Assembly (NCBI GenBank): GCA_964035545.1
Contig: OZ037771.1
Span: 5,799,190-5,863,189 of the forward strand
Direction: 5' to 3'
Source: Bugula neritina
Lineage: Eukaryota > Animalia > Bryozoa
Length of the DNA stretch: 64,000 nt
In this document: piece after piece, positions 50,208 to 63,877 of the stretch
How positions within the stretch are numbered: the stretch's first letter is position 1
How the letters are laid out: each line of letters opens with the position of its first letter
Notes under the pieces: model-generated
Databases searched by the model: none
What the model was told of the DNA's origin: nothing
The model's input: the letters and a program-made list of their open reading frames with translations, nothing else
Position numbers and translations under genes: made by a program

Positions 50208-53200
50208 TCAACTTTCAAACATATTTTCATGAGCAAGAGCTCCCCGCCTGGGGTAGAACTGATGATCCACAGAGTAGTGAAGCAAGTTGCTGAGGGAGGC
50301 TGTATATATATCGGCAAACCTATGGAGTCTCCTTGAGAAGTATGTGGGGTTGTGGAAAGTCCTGAATATACTTCCAAAGTGAGGGTTTATTAGGTCTTTC
50401 GTTCTTTTCCTGTAAATTCAATTTTTTTAGAAAAGCAAAACCCTTGCTTGAGTTTGCATCACTTTCTGTACAGCAAATCAGAAACTACAGCTGTTTAAAA
50501 CTGAGTCATAGGGTTCTTGTAATGCCAATCTTAATCTAACAATTGCCCGTATAATCTATAATGAAGCTTAACAGTTTAGTATTAGTGCTGATGAAGTAGT
50601 CAAGACATACTTGATGGTGATGAGCTCCATCTGCCAGGAGTTGAGCAAATCATCAGGAGCAATATCCTACAGAGGAGAACACATCACTTAAATATATCGG
50701 AGCTTGATTTACTCTCTGAACTTTCCAGTTATTCAGTCTTTGTTTAATATGAGCTAATAAAATTATTGTTTACAGTTTTAGGCAGCTTGGGTCAAATTAC
50801 GGTTAGTTAGCAATTACATTCAAACCTCAGCATAGCAAATGAAAACTAATAGAAAATCCTAACACGTAAGAATTGATAAACTTTGAAATTGTTAACAGAA
50901 GGTAAGTTTAGTGCTAACTAAGTACTAGTGAAGTACTAGTTAAGTACTAGTTGAGTATGACTTAAGTGTTAGTCAAGTACTAGTTAAGCTAAGTGCTAGT
51001 AGGATACTAATTGAGTATTAACAAAGGTACTAGTTAACTATTAGTTAGGTGTTAGTTGAGTATTAGTTAGGTACTAGTTAAGTACTAGTTAGGTGTTAGT
51101 TGAGTATTAGTTAAGTTAGGTACTAGTTAAATTAGGTATTAGTTAAGTTAGGTACTAGTTAAGTTAGGTACTAGTTAAGTATTAGTTAGGTGTTAGTCAT
51201 GTACAAGTAAAGCGCTAGTAGGATATTAATTGAGTATTGGTTGAGTACTAGTTAAGTATTAGGTGAGGTTCTAGTCAAGTATTCATTTGCCTGGTATTTC
51301 TCTATGAGATCCTGCAAGCCAACCATCAGAATAACATCTCTTTTAAATTCTTCTTTATTCAGTGCATTGATCTCATTCTGTCCAACATATCACACCAGTA
51401 TTCAGCAGTATAAACAAAATCCTAATTATCATTGCAATAATTCTTCCTATAAGAATATACGCATTTAGTACAGTGATAAAGTACTGTAAAAATCAATCCA
51501 CAAGCTTCAGCAGTATATATTGATGAAAACCCTTCGTAAGTAACTATTTCACCATTGAGTGACTACATTCTGCATGTCAGAATCATTCACAAAACATATT
51601 CATAAGCCACTCCTATATCATAAAATTTTTGTTTCTTGACATGTCTCTATGTAAGCGGGGCAGATTTTTTAGAGTCTCAAATAATTGGATGATATAAAGG
51701 TTTGACAAAATTAATCAAAATTAGTTTTCTTTAGTTTCATCTTTTACAGCAGTAAATTAATTTTTAATTAATGTAAAATTAACTTAAATAGCCATTTAAA
51801 ACATTTTTGTTGAGAAAAAATTATCGTAAGAGTATGAATATACTAAGTACAATGTTACAATGTTACATACAGTTAATTCGGGAATTATAGCCCCGGTTCT
51901 CCAGCCATGATGGAGGGTGGCGTCAGCCAAGTCCGTGTACACATGATCACCAAAGTATAGCACCTTGGAGCCGGACCAGCCAGTGAACCTCTGGAGGTCA
52001 AACAAGTTACCTTCAGAGTAGACACAACCTTTCTCTAACTGAGACACTCTGTGCCAGAGGGTTGAGTTCGTATCATGGTTGTACATCCGAAATGGTCTAG
52101 AGCATAGAGTTACAGTACATGAAAACTAAAATGTATTGCAAACACATCATATCGCGATAATATGTATATAGAGTAAAATATATATATAAAAATCAAGGAG
52201 CAAATACACTCATAGGTAAAATAATAGCATTATTCAAGCCTGTCCGAGGTGTCACAGAGTAATGAAGCAGTGGCACTTACTTGGCAGCTCATTTCTAAAC
52301 ACAACAGAATCACTACAATACTTGTGGAAATTTAAGAGCCCAGGAAATGTAAAATGGCAGGAAATATTACTTGATGTACCTTTTGTTAGAAATGAAAAAA
52401 TCCGGTTTTCTTGCATTTATGATGACGACATCAAACTTGTCTAGCCAATCAGCTCCAACCATGTAAGTCATGCCGGCATTTCTAGAGAACATAACATATT
52501 GTAAAGATTACAGATAACATTACAACCCCAAAGGTAGACTTGCAGTAACAGCAGCTGTACAGTAATAATCTCAGTAGTAGTAATAGTAGAGGTGGTGGTG
52601 ATGGTAGTGATGGTGATGGTAGTGATGGTGATGGTAGTGATGATGATGGTAGTGATGGTGATGGTAGTGATGGTGATGGTAGTGATGGTGATGGTAGTGA
52701 TGGTAGTGATGGTGATGGTAGTGATGGTGATGGTAGTGATGGTGATGGTAGTGATGGTGATGGTAGTGATGGTGATGGTAGTGATGGTGATGGTAGTGAT
52801 GGTGGTGGTAGAGGTGGTGGTGGTAGAGGTGGTGGTGGAGAGGTGGTGGTGGAGATGGTGGTGGAGGTGAGTATTAGTAGTAGTAGCAGCAGCAGCAATA
52901 GCAGTAGTAGCAGTAGTAATATTGGTGATGTGGCAAACAATGTGTGAATAAAACCTACATAAATGGGAATCCACTATTTGAGATAAGAAATAGTTTCTTA
53001 TCACGAGAAATCAGTCTGTCTAAGAGTTCAGCAATACGTGAACTGTTGGTTAGGTACTTCTCCAGGTTTCTGGTGATCTCTTCGTGAAGCTGACCAGATG
53101 TGTGTATACTTTGCACTGAGCTCTGAAATCACACGCTTAGTATACCAAGTTTACCAGCAAAGCATTACAATAAACCAACCAATGTGATTGGAGACAGGAA

Positions 53201-55987
53201 TCTTAAATTAAATGTAAAGCTGAGAAATTTTATATCATAGCAGCTTTCGAAAAAAATGCCAAAATTCAATTTTTCTGTACTTTTGTAGAGCTGTTTTACA
53301 AGAAACTGTAACATCTGTTATTTACTAAAGTATACATTTTATATAACATATCCTTAAGAATATAAAAAATATTACCTTGGGAAACATTTTGAAACAAAGA
53401 CAGCTCAATTTTACAGCACAAATACTCAGAGAAATGAATATATGTTAAACTATACCAACCAATAGAATAAATGTGTATCCCAGCATGAAAAGACTACGAA
53501 TGTAGATTTTGAAGGATAACATAGCTGACTATAAACAAATATAATTACAGAGTATAAAAATGGACTCACTCTAACATCCCAGAACACATATTCAGGATCA
53601 TAGGCTATGGCATTAGACTGAAAGAATTCGATCACTTGACTAATGAGAGATATCTCAGGTATGGTGAAGATGTCTACAAACTGATGCATCTCAGAGCCCT
53701 GAAACCACAGCATATAGGCAGAGTTGATCTCAGAGAACAAGGTACACATCAGTAGAGTACACATGTACTACTATTATTACTATATCTTTCACCTGCAGGG
53801 TTCACCTCTTTTCCAACACCATAGGACTTTGAGATGTAGAGTCTTAGTACTAATAACTCATCTGTAATTAGCCCTTGTGTGAAAAACTGATACTTGTGTG
53901 TTTACTCATTAGCACTTTTGTCCCTTTACTTCTTATTCACTACATGTTTTTGTTTCTGCACTTTTGTTTTGTCTCTTTTTTGATTAGTTTTTATGTATAC
54001 TTTTCTCTAATTTTATTTTCTGTAAGCCTAGGGCCACACGGTGCGTATTTTCGCATGCGAAAATTGAAATCACAAGTAGCAAAGGTGTCTACTGTGCGCG
54101 TTGAGAAAACGTTCGCACTTGTCGCTCTGCATTTTCAACGCAAGTGCGAATCGTCTCTGTCGTCGTCACCTAATTGGCTGGTAGTTATTCAGCGAGCCCA
54201 ATTTCTTTATTTAGTGCTATATTCCAGTAAGTTGCGTTTTATTGAAAGCGAGTGCGATTTAAAAATGAAAGCTTTATTTATCACGCATCACTGACGCTAC
54301 AGTGGACACCTTTGCTACTTGTGATTTTAATTTTCGCATGCGAAAATACGCACAGTGTGGCCCTAGGCTTACAAAGTACCCCCTTACATACATACATTAG
54401 ATGTGTATTTTACACATATTTCACCTTAAATACTTCAGTATCTACAAAATATCCTAAGTACTGATCGTACATATAATTCACTTTGACTTTAGTGTGAACA
54501 TATACTTTAAACTTATAACATCAGCTTGAGTGTATTACCGCGCCATGAAATTGATTCATTTGCTTGACTGGGACATGAAAGCCTGAATACTGCTCTAAAA
54601 CTTCATCCCAGGACAGCTTGTGAAGGCCCCGGTATACGGTATCTTTCTGAATATGGTGAAATGAGTCTATCTTCATTAGAAGACCCTTCAATAAAATCCC
54701 CCGACATTCAACATAAACTAACAACAGAGTTTTACTGGAAAATCAATAAAATACAGCATTAGAGCACGGAGGGAATCTTGGCCACCAACAAACACCGTAC
54801 ATAACTGTTTGTTGTTAACATGAATGGCAAAAATATTATATATTAGTCATTAAGACTCATACTTATATCTTTGAAAAACAAATTTTGGGAACGGAAATGG
54901 TGCTACTAGAATACATATAATCATCATTAAAAGGCACATACAATAATAATTCGCTATGAAATACATCATTCATGTAAAGATCAACAGTTCATTCAGTTAT
55001 ACATAAACTATGATTATTTTGTAAAATAAATTATTGTTACCTTTTTCAGGTCAAAATGTAAACCTCTGACAGCAAAGTCTGGCTGGTATGTTAACGTTTT
55101 GAGAATCTTTGGATACTAAAACAGTCACAAAACTGATGAAATTAAATGGAATTTTTTCATTTACAATAATAAAAGTGCCTAGTGTTGTAGGAAATAGAGA
55201 ACAAATTTAGTAACATCAATTTTAATTTTTCAATACATTAAAGGAGACGATACCATCTATAAACATGGATGGAAAGCTTAATGTATAATGGAAGAAATAC
55301 ATATACATGTATAATGCATACACGCACGCAATACACGCAGGTAATTCATACACGTGATACACACACTCACACAATATTCAAACTCACACACACCCATGCA
55401 TGCACACACGCACATATATACACGCTTGCTCATATATATTTCTGAAGAATATTAAATGAATACATTGATATTGAAGCTGCAGTGGCAATAACAAATTAAT
55501 ATGACAATTGACTTACATTCTTTGTTTGAAGAAGAGCTTGCTTGCCCATTTCAAAAATTGTGTGCAGCAAAGAGTCTGAGTATCCAGCTAGTGTGTAGTC
55601 ATAATCAAAGCCATAGACATCCACATCAGATAGATTAATTTCATTGTTAGCAAACACAGCCTGGTTATCTATTGTGGCAGGAAGTTCTGTATCTGAGATA
55701 TATAGAAATATGAAAATGAAACCGAAATATTATAACAAATCTCTAAAAGTTACAGTAAGCTAGTAAAGTTTGTATAATTAATTTTTTTATGCATGCAAAG
55801 AAAATATTTGAAGTAAAAATAAAGCATAAGTACTTTGGGCTTTCAGCAACATTCTCTCATAATGCTCAATAAATGGGGTAGAAGCAGTTGTATAGCTGCA
55901 TGGGAAGAGGGCTGGAAGTTTGGCACTGGTCAATGGTGGCCAGTGAGGACTAAGAACTGCATATGTTTTCTTGCAGACAGACACCAT
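50208..55987 (-). CDS. NT5DC3: 5'-nucleotidase domain-containing protein (NT5DC2/3-like HAD hydrolase)
   Basis: Exons about 55987-55834, 55692-55517 ([27 protein letters not shown] motif I), 55115-55041, 54686-54540, 53698-53570, 53123-52960, 52480-52380, 52096-51871 ([15 protein letters not shown]…[11 protein letters not shown]), 51377-51291, 50667-50612, 50409-50208 ([28 protein letters not shown]…[10 protein letters not shown]). NT5DC2 versus NT5DC3 cannot be resolved by eye. Confidence 0.93.
50905..51282. repeat. GTACTAGTTAA-type 11/16-bp minisatellite
   Basis: Dozens of diverged copies inside an NT5DC intron. Confidence 0.85.
52570..52920. repeat. (GTG/ATG/GTA)n trinucleotide-derived 15-bp repeat
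   Basis: GGTAGTGATGGTGAT units; intronic in NT5DC. Confidence 0.92.
54024..54369. mobile_element. Intact TIR MITE (same family as 3139-3817)
   Basis: Near-perfect TIRs of about 70 bp, AGCCTAGGGCCACACGGTGCGTATTTTCGCATGCGAAAATT…, flanked by TA on both sides. Confidence 0.85.
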
Positions 55988-57438
55988 TATGATAGTTTCC
56001 CACTAAAATAAAAAAATTATTATTCACAAGCATAGAAACAATGCCAGAGATTTTATTCTGAAGCTAAAATAATTCATTAGAACTATTTTTGGATCACTTC
56101 AATAAGGCATTATTTGGCAACAAAATTATTATATCTAAAAACTCATTTACATGTTTTAAAGTTTTATTGCTTTCAAAAATGTAATAAATAGAAACATTAT
56201 ATGTGACTTCACCAGATTTCAAAATTATTATTCATATTCAGCTTCGATCTTATACATTAGGTTTGGGCCCAGGCAAAGCCACTGGTGATGTTAGGAAGAG
56301 CATCCAGTTATAATTGCTCCTGTGCCCCAGCTGCAAAAGTCTTTAGCCCGATCTAACAAAACCCCTTCTATCAGGGGTTTTCTCACAGGGATGGTGACTA
56401 TAAACTTGCGTGAGTGAGCTTCAATCTTATATTATTCAAACCATAGTGATGCAAAAAACTAACTATTTTATAGGCACGTAATTTAAAATGAACTATTGAT
56501 ATCAGGTGAAGAGTTTATCAATTCAGCCTGTTTAATCAACTTGTCTAGCTGCATATAATGATAACGAGTTATTTTACAGAATATTTCGGATGACGATGTT
56601 ATATGCACTAATATTCTGTAAATCTTCAGTTGTGGGCTAGAAGTTGAGCTATGCTTGAAGAATAATAGGTATACTGCTTGATGAAATGAAAAAAAAAACA
56701 ATTAACTAATGGCAATGAGGAAAACTAAATACAATGGCATATATCAGTATGTCTTAGTTATAACCACAAAACTGTAAAGAGGTTTTAAATCAAATAAATT
56801 ATTCAGCTGTGACTTTTACAAACAGTTGATTAATAAAATCTAAAGTCAGCATCTGTTTACTTTTGAGCAGCAATAGTTCTGTTCTATGTCTAAAAATACT
56901 TTTTATGACTTGGCCTCCAAATATATATTAACTGAATTGATCGTTTGTCTTCTCTTTACTTTTTACTAAATTTTTGTTATGTCAATTTATGATACCTTAT
57001 CATTGAATTACAATTTCAATGTAATTTTTGTGTGATCACAACAACTAAATAATTATATGTTTTATTGAAATCAATAAAAGTAAAAGTTGTTTAAATTGTT
57101 ATAGTTTGATAAAGCATATTAATAACCTAATGAATTGTTTCTAATGCCATACCAGTTATAGAGCAGCAGCAAGCCAGCAACTAAAAACTGCAGCATAATA
57201 TACATATAAGTTAGTAAAAATATAAATGACTGTTAATCGTGCTAAGCATAACTTCAGTTTGAACTATATCATTATTCATTATTATTATCCGTTGTTGTAT
57301 TTATTATTATAAATATATTACTAAAACTATTGCCATGGGTCTATGAATGTGACAGTATCAGTATGAGAGTGCCAGTGTTGAATGATTATGAGTATATGAC
57401 AGTAGAACTAGATGTACATGTAGCGGAGTAAGTTTTAG

Positions 57439-58184
57439 TGGTGTCATCACAGATAGACACTTCCCGGTTAGACGCTAGGCTAAATTTCTCACTTAGATGC
57501 TTCCTACATGAAATCTTCCCAGTTAGGCGCTAGTTATTATTTTAGTACAATATGTAATGTTGTAATGTGCGTGACATTGCATCATGCAGTTATGTAACCG
57601 TTTTGTAATTATATTATTATAGTTGTGCGGTTTTCATTTGTGTCCTAAATCCCCTTTATCTTTGTGGGTTGTATATATGTTGTCAGTCTTGGAAATGTGT
57701 TCGTAGTGATTAGTTGTGCTTTCCAAATAAAGATATTTCAGTGAACTTTAAGTATAATACTATTACACAATATATATTCTATGTGCAACTTATTTGAATA
57801 TTATTGAAATATATGTATATTTAAATAAACTTGGATCAATTGCTTGTTATTCAGCACATAAATAAATTCCTTTGATCTGCATCAACTTATTAATTTTGCA
57901 TATTTTATACTTCTTGTTGTTTGAAAAGATATTTCATTGATAAGTATTCCTTAAAGATAATGTCTATTATTAATGTATTACTGGTTTCGTAAAAATTGGA
58001 ATATTATTCCAGATAATTCATGTTAGCTATTATAGCTATTAGCTATTCAGCAGTATTCAGCAATCATGCAATACAACAGTTATATAGGTATATATAGGTA
58101 TATTGCTATATATGATATCAAAATGAAACATAGCGTCTAAGTGAGAAGCGTCTATCTGGGAAGCGTTTATCTGGAATGTAACCG
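57439..58184. mobile_element. Degenerate TIR element with subterminal (T/A)TAGACGCT repeats
   Basis: CAGATAGACACTTCCCGGTTAGACGCT…TCTCACTTAGATGCT at the left end; the inverse AGCGTCTAAGTGAGAAGCGTCTATCTGGGAAGCG at the right end. Confidence 0.55.
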
Positions 58185-59548
58185 TTTTAGTTTCAACCTT
58201 ACAGTAACTGTGAGTACAACTGTGATTATCATTATGAACAAATTAGCCTTAGGTTTAGATCCATCATTTTTATGTTAACAAACAGTCATAAAATTTAAAT
58301 TCAATCATTAACAAATAGAATTGCAATGTAAATATTAAATTTAATGAGTATTATCAAAAAAGTTATAACTATCAATGCAAAATTGAATGCCACTATGATG
58401 CCTAAGCTTTAGGCATCATAAAAAAATTATGATCATGAAACCATAAAAACTAAAGAATAATAATAAAGTCAAACACACCACAATAAACATAATAAAAGTA
58501 AAGCAGTAAAACTAAAACTAAAGTAAATGCCAAAAAGCCAAAGCCCAAAACCAAAAACAATAACAATTATTATCATCATCATTGTGATAAACTCATGAAC
58601 TCAAATTATTCCACTTGGTCGTACTGTGTGACACTTACAGTGTAACGAGAATTTAATTTCATGAATTTGAAATTCAAATTGAAAATTAATAATAATAATA
58701 TTAATATAATTATAAATATTTAATTTTTTAATTTTAATTTAATAAATATAATAATAATAATATTAATTCATCATTCATCATATCTAGATAGAAATTTACT
58801 TTTAGTCATACCATACAAATAAATTACAACTCGCATAACTATATTGACAACTATTTTACTTCACAATTATTAGGAGCTCTATCAAGAATGGTAATTTATT
58901 ATAAATATATTTTTAATATAACTCTAACTAAGATATTATAATTATTTTTCACATTGAACGAGGATATTGAAATTTAAAGTTATTATTTGAATCGTCAATG
59001 TAAGAGCGATATGTTAATAGCCTTAAAACTTAAAAGCGGGTCAAAAAAATGTATAAAGCCCATTTTCTAATTCAGCTGTATCCGGGTTTAAACTACTAAA
59101 ATATGTATTGACATGTACATCATTGAACCAAGTATGTAATATTTTCAATGTGCACAATAACCTAAATGCGTGTTATAATAATATTATTTCATCTTGGATG
59201 CTTACTAATTAATTTTTAAAGTTTATATTGATTGCATGTCTCTTATTACAAGTTTTCAGATATAAAATATTAGTTTTTTTTAAGTTCAACTCTCTGTAGC
59301 AGACTATGTTGTATCGTAGTTATCTTTCCATACTATTATGCGCAAAGAGCACAACTAGAATATTATTATACAAATATAAACGAGTATAGGCTTAACAGAT
59401 TGGAAGCTGGTGGGCATAGCAGTGCCTGCAGAACTTGTGTGGATACAGAGAGATTGAATAGTGTGCTTGTGAACAATAGAATAGAGTGTATGTACATATA
59501 AAAAGCATGAGATTGGTAACAAGTAAATAAATTACGAATGTGCTAGAG

Positions 59549-59879
59549 CAGGGGTGCCCAACTTTTTCAGAGCGAGAGCCACTGAACTTTGTAAAATTTA
59601 GCTTGAGCTAGAAGCCACAGCATCAGTATTCTTCAAGTTATTACTTTATTCGAAATTCCTATGAATCATTATACAATGAAGTACCAATAATTATTGCAGG
59701 CTGCGTGTCTTGTAGGAGGTATGTAATAAAAAGATGCACATTAAAAAGGTGTTTTTTCTCCACTCGAATTTATTTACTTTATTTTTAAAATACTTTTATT
59801 TGTTATATCTTTGAGGGCCACATAAATGTAGGCCGAGGTCCACATCTGGTCCTGGGGCCGCCTGTTGAACAGAGGCCTG
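59549..59879. mobile_element. hAT (Charlie-like) MITE
   Basis: Starts CAGGGGTGCCCAAC, ends …GGCCTG; 8-bp target duplication TGCTAGAG / GGCTAGAG, close to the NTCTAGAN preference of Charlie elements. Confidence 0.85.
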
Positions 59880-60649
59880 GGCTAGAGAGTGCTCAGCTCG
59901 GGATCTTAGCCTAACACCTCTTACAGATCAAGACAGGAGCTAGAATTACCTCGAAGCCATGCAAAGCAACACGTTTCGATTCACTGATCCCAAATATTAC
60001 TTGGCGAGTTCATAATTAGTTGAAAACTCCCCTTACAACTATTATTGTAAAAACCTTTACAAATATAGCTACACATTGCGTGGCCAAATATATGCTGTGC
60101 ACCAAGAACCATCCTAAAGTAAGAGGATTAGTTTATTCTGTGCTCCACAGTGTCAATATAATGTATAATATTTTGAGGAGTACTTCATTAGCTCTAGCAC
60201 TTAGTAAACCACATCTAATAGATGATGCAGAAAATTCAAAGCCTCCTTTCTCAGAGTCGATCTGATGCTGATGCAAGGACGGCTCACTTTTATGCACTGC
60301 TCAGGTTTTGAGTTACATAAAGCAAGCTGAGCAAACATTTTTAAATGAATCTATTAACACATTTAAGCAAACTCAATCAATTTCTAAATTCAGCCAAAAG
60401 ATTTAAAATTTTATCCACATAAGCAGTTATACTTTTATTAGTTGTAATACTAAAATTATCTGCTTGCAAAGGCAGAATTGACAAAAGTATATCGGATAGC
60501 AATGTCAGGAAAAAAATATCACAATAAAAGCAATTCATGAAATATTCAACATTGCCTATTCCACAAAAAACATACATTGTTTTAATTAATATAATGTGGC
60601 ATCAAATTTGTGAGCCAGTAATACAAAGTATGCAGTTATATACATAATA

Positions 60650-60832
60650 TAGTGTACTTACATATGGTGTACATACATATGGTGTACATACACCTAGTAT
60701 AAATACATCCAGTATAAATACATCTAGTATGCGTACATCCAGTTTAACTACATTTAGTGCACATACATGCAGTGTAAATACATCAAATGTACATACATAT
60801 GGTTCTCATGCATCTACATAGTGTACATACAT
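60650..60832. repeat. About 16-bp GTACATACAT-type minisatellite
   Basis: Repeated gtgtacatacatatg / agtataaatacatc units downstream of the nuclear receptor stop codon. Confidence 0.75.
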
Positions 60833-60908
60833 ATTATCACGATAATACATTTAATGTAATTACATATAATATACATATATAATGCACATATATAAAGTAA
60901 AGTGTAAA

Positions 60909-63834
60909 TTAAGTTGATATTTGGGTAGCTTCCATCACGTCCACTCCTAGAATAGTACTTTGAGGATCAGCAACTATAATGTGTGGAGGAATATCGCACA
61001 CTGAATTGAATAAATCAGGATCTCCTCTAAGCAAATGCATTATCAGTTTGTAGGCTGGAATTGTTCCCGACTTCAACCTTTTTATAATTTGTTTGCGCAT
61101 AACTGAGGTCAATCTAAAAAATACAATTGCTTTAGAGAAAAAGAGGAGAATTTGCTATCAAGTCATATGACAGAAGAAGGAATAAACACAGGATATTCTC
61201 TCAGTTGTCAGCTAGACAGGGTACTATGACATTCCAACTAACTCTGGCAGCAAACAAAACTATTCCATTATATTTTAAGCTAAAAATTCGTAAGATTAAA
61301 ATGCGTTATCATAGTGAATAGCAAATTTTGGAAATTTGATTTAAGTATGCTTTTATAAAAGAAGGCAATGTTAATACACATAGAACTTTGGTGGGAGAAG
61401 TAGATACAGATATAAGCTTGATTTTGGGTATATAAGGGTAGATAAAAGTGTGTGTTTTGTTTAGATAAATGAACAAGGAGTTCCTCCATCTTATACGAGT
61501 AACTAGCCTGGTGCAGCAACTGTGTAAATTATTTCAATGTCTTCCAGCTCTGAATCTAACTTGCCAAACAGTGTTTTAAAACATCTTCATGTAATCATTT
61601 CCACCAAAATGAAGGCCCACAGTTCTTAGCCAATAACATAAACCATAAATCAAAAGTGTAGAGCCATAAATTGGCATGGTGAGATTAATATTAGCATTTG
61701 AAAGTGATTTTCACACAGAGGCCTTAGCCAATGGTCTACCAAACACAAGCGGCTGTGGAAAAATGCAAATACGCTAATGTTGAAAATTCAAAAATAAAAC
61801 GGAAAGGAAATTAAGGACTAGAATGTTATAACTGCTAAAAATAGAAAGAAGGATAGCCCTACCTATGTAAGAGCTGTGCCCCCTCCCCGGTTATAAGTTA
61901 CAAGGGCTAGGCAAAGGTTTACAGGTGGTGTGACCACCATTTAGTTGTAAATAATAACTCAGAAAGTAGACTGCAGTCGCCAGTTTTATGTTTGCAAAGT
62001 TGCATTTGTGTTCTGCCAATAGCAGTGAGTCTGAAACACAAACAAGAACGGCTCTAAAGGATGTCGTTTAAATTTCGTCATAACTAAGCCAGCTGACTGA
62101 GCAAGTAGGAGATGTTAGTTACTATCCGGGAGGGGGAGATTATATCTTAAAGCAAAAGAAAGCATGATAAAGCATAAGTAAATGCTGCTGCGGAGCCTCT
62201 ACTACCAAGTTTAGATTTAGAAGTGATATCACTTCTCTCAAAGGAGCAACTGCACAGAATATTGTGACTTTTCTTGTAGAAATATACATGAAAAATAATT
62301 TTAATAATAAATAGTTATCAGTACACTAAAGTCAATTAAAAGTATTTTTAGATTCTATACTTCATGACCGATACACTTATCCAACTTGCTAGTGACTAGC
62401 AGTGTGAGGGAACATTTTTAAAAGTCTTCCACAGATAAGTTTAGGGGAAAAGCTGGAAGGACTCCTACAGAATCTTATAACAAAAATTTTAAACCATTGA
62501 CTCGTAATAGAAACATTTAGATTTAGGAGTTATCCTTCCCAATTTGCATACAGTAAACGAATGTAAATAAACAGTGTTACACTCAGGCAACCATTTTTGT
62601 CTGATCGGAATTTGTTAATTTATTAACTGCAGTACTAAACAATATGACAAGCACAACTTTTCTTAGTTTTTTTTTGTAATTCTATAGAATCGAGCTGTCT
62701 ATATCTAAATAATGTGACTAGCCCATCACACCAAAAACACAACACTATATAATCCAATAGAAATACATCCAAGTGATTTTCGACTGTATTTTACCATAAA
62801 AGTTGTCCATTTATTAAGAAGAAAGTTTCAAGCAACTTCCACATTTCTTCCTGTTCACTTTTACTTCCTATTGCAAAGACGACAAAACTGAATTTCTAGA
62901 TACTTTAATAAACTAAAGCAGTTTTAACAAGGGAGTGAGTGAACAGCAGTGCGTTATGTACAGACAGGTCTCCCTTAAAAATTAAATAATATTCTAAAGG
63001 CAACTAAACCATCAGAGCTTAAATTGTAATAAATATTTTCTATCTTTGTCTTGGCCGAAAATTTCAAAAAGTGTGTTACTATGGCGATAGTAAATGACTG
63101 TTGTATATAGATCATAGAGCAGGAGAGGTTAGTATACTGTTAGCAAATAGAAGTAAGCAACACATGTATATTATATAACAGTGAACGTAAGTATCTATAA
63201 GCATATGGGTCATTTTACTTAACTTAGTACACACTCGATATTTCTAGTTTTTGGCTATTTTTCACAATTTAGCTGCTAATATATTATGTGTTTCTTGCTC
63301 TAAACTAAATAATTAAAGCTTTTTTAATTTTGCTTGGCCTTCTATATTTTTCTTAAATTTTTAGTAAATTGGGATATGCAGGACCATTATGGTTTTTTCA
63401 TAACAGTCTGCAACCTACCAATATGGCAATTAAATGCACTTTATTGTTGCAGGTTTCCCTCTCAGTTTTTTTCCTATACATATATTTGTAATAATCATAA
63501 AAAAAATACCACAACCTGTTAAATTTTTATGACTTTTAACCAATTTCAATTGTTGGTCCAAATTTGCTGGTGCTATTAAATAAAGTAAAATGACCCATAT
63601 CGGCTGTGAGTGTGCTGAGGTAACTTTGAGTCAAACAGAGCTACATGCAGTTAGGGTGGAGCGTAGCTGCCGGCATCAACAAGCCTGACCTTTGAACTTC
63701 GCTGAGTCTGAGAAGTAACTCTCCACATTTGGTAGGAAAGTCTGGAGAATGGGACGTAGTGTACAACATGAGGGCATCCAGCAGTCTGTTCTGGTAGGTC
63801 TGTATCTTATCCGGCTCTTTTAAACCTTTCACAT
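60909..63834 (-). CDS. HR39: Nuclear receptor NR5B (HR39 / FTZ-F1 beta-like), last two exons of the ligand-binding domain; gene continues beyond the window
   Basis: Exon 63834-63690 DVKGLKEPDKIQTYQNRLLDALMLYTTSHSPDFPTKCGELLLRLSEVQR joins in phase 2 to 61113-60909 …YKLIMHLLRGD…*. This matches NR5 helices 9-12; the AF-2-like LIMHLLRGD resembles HR39 LLMELLRGE. Confidence 0.8.
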
Positions 63835-63877
63835 CTAAACATCCCATCAATTAGATTATATACTGTGAGAGTAGCAA

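Noticed and set aside
52468-53004. Long ORFs rich in T/I, PSL or V/M
   Set aside because: Translations of an intronic trinucleotide-derived repeat, open in several frames; NT5DC splices over it in phase.
53875-54464. 139-aa and 70-aa ORFs
   Set aside because: They overlap the non-coding MITE and T-rich intron sequence; no transposase motifs.
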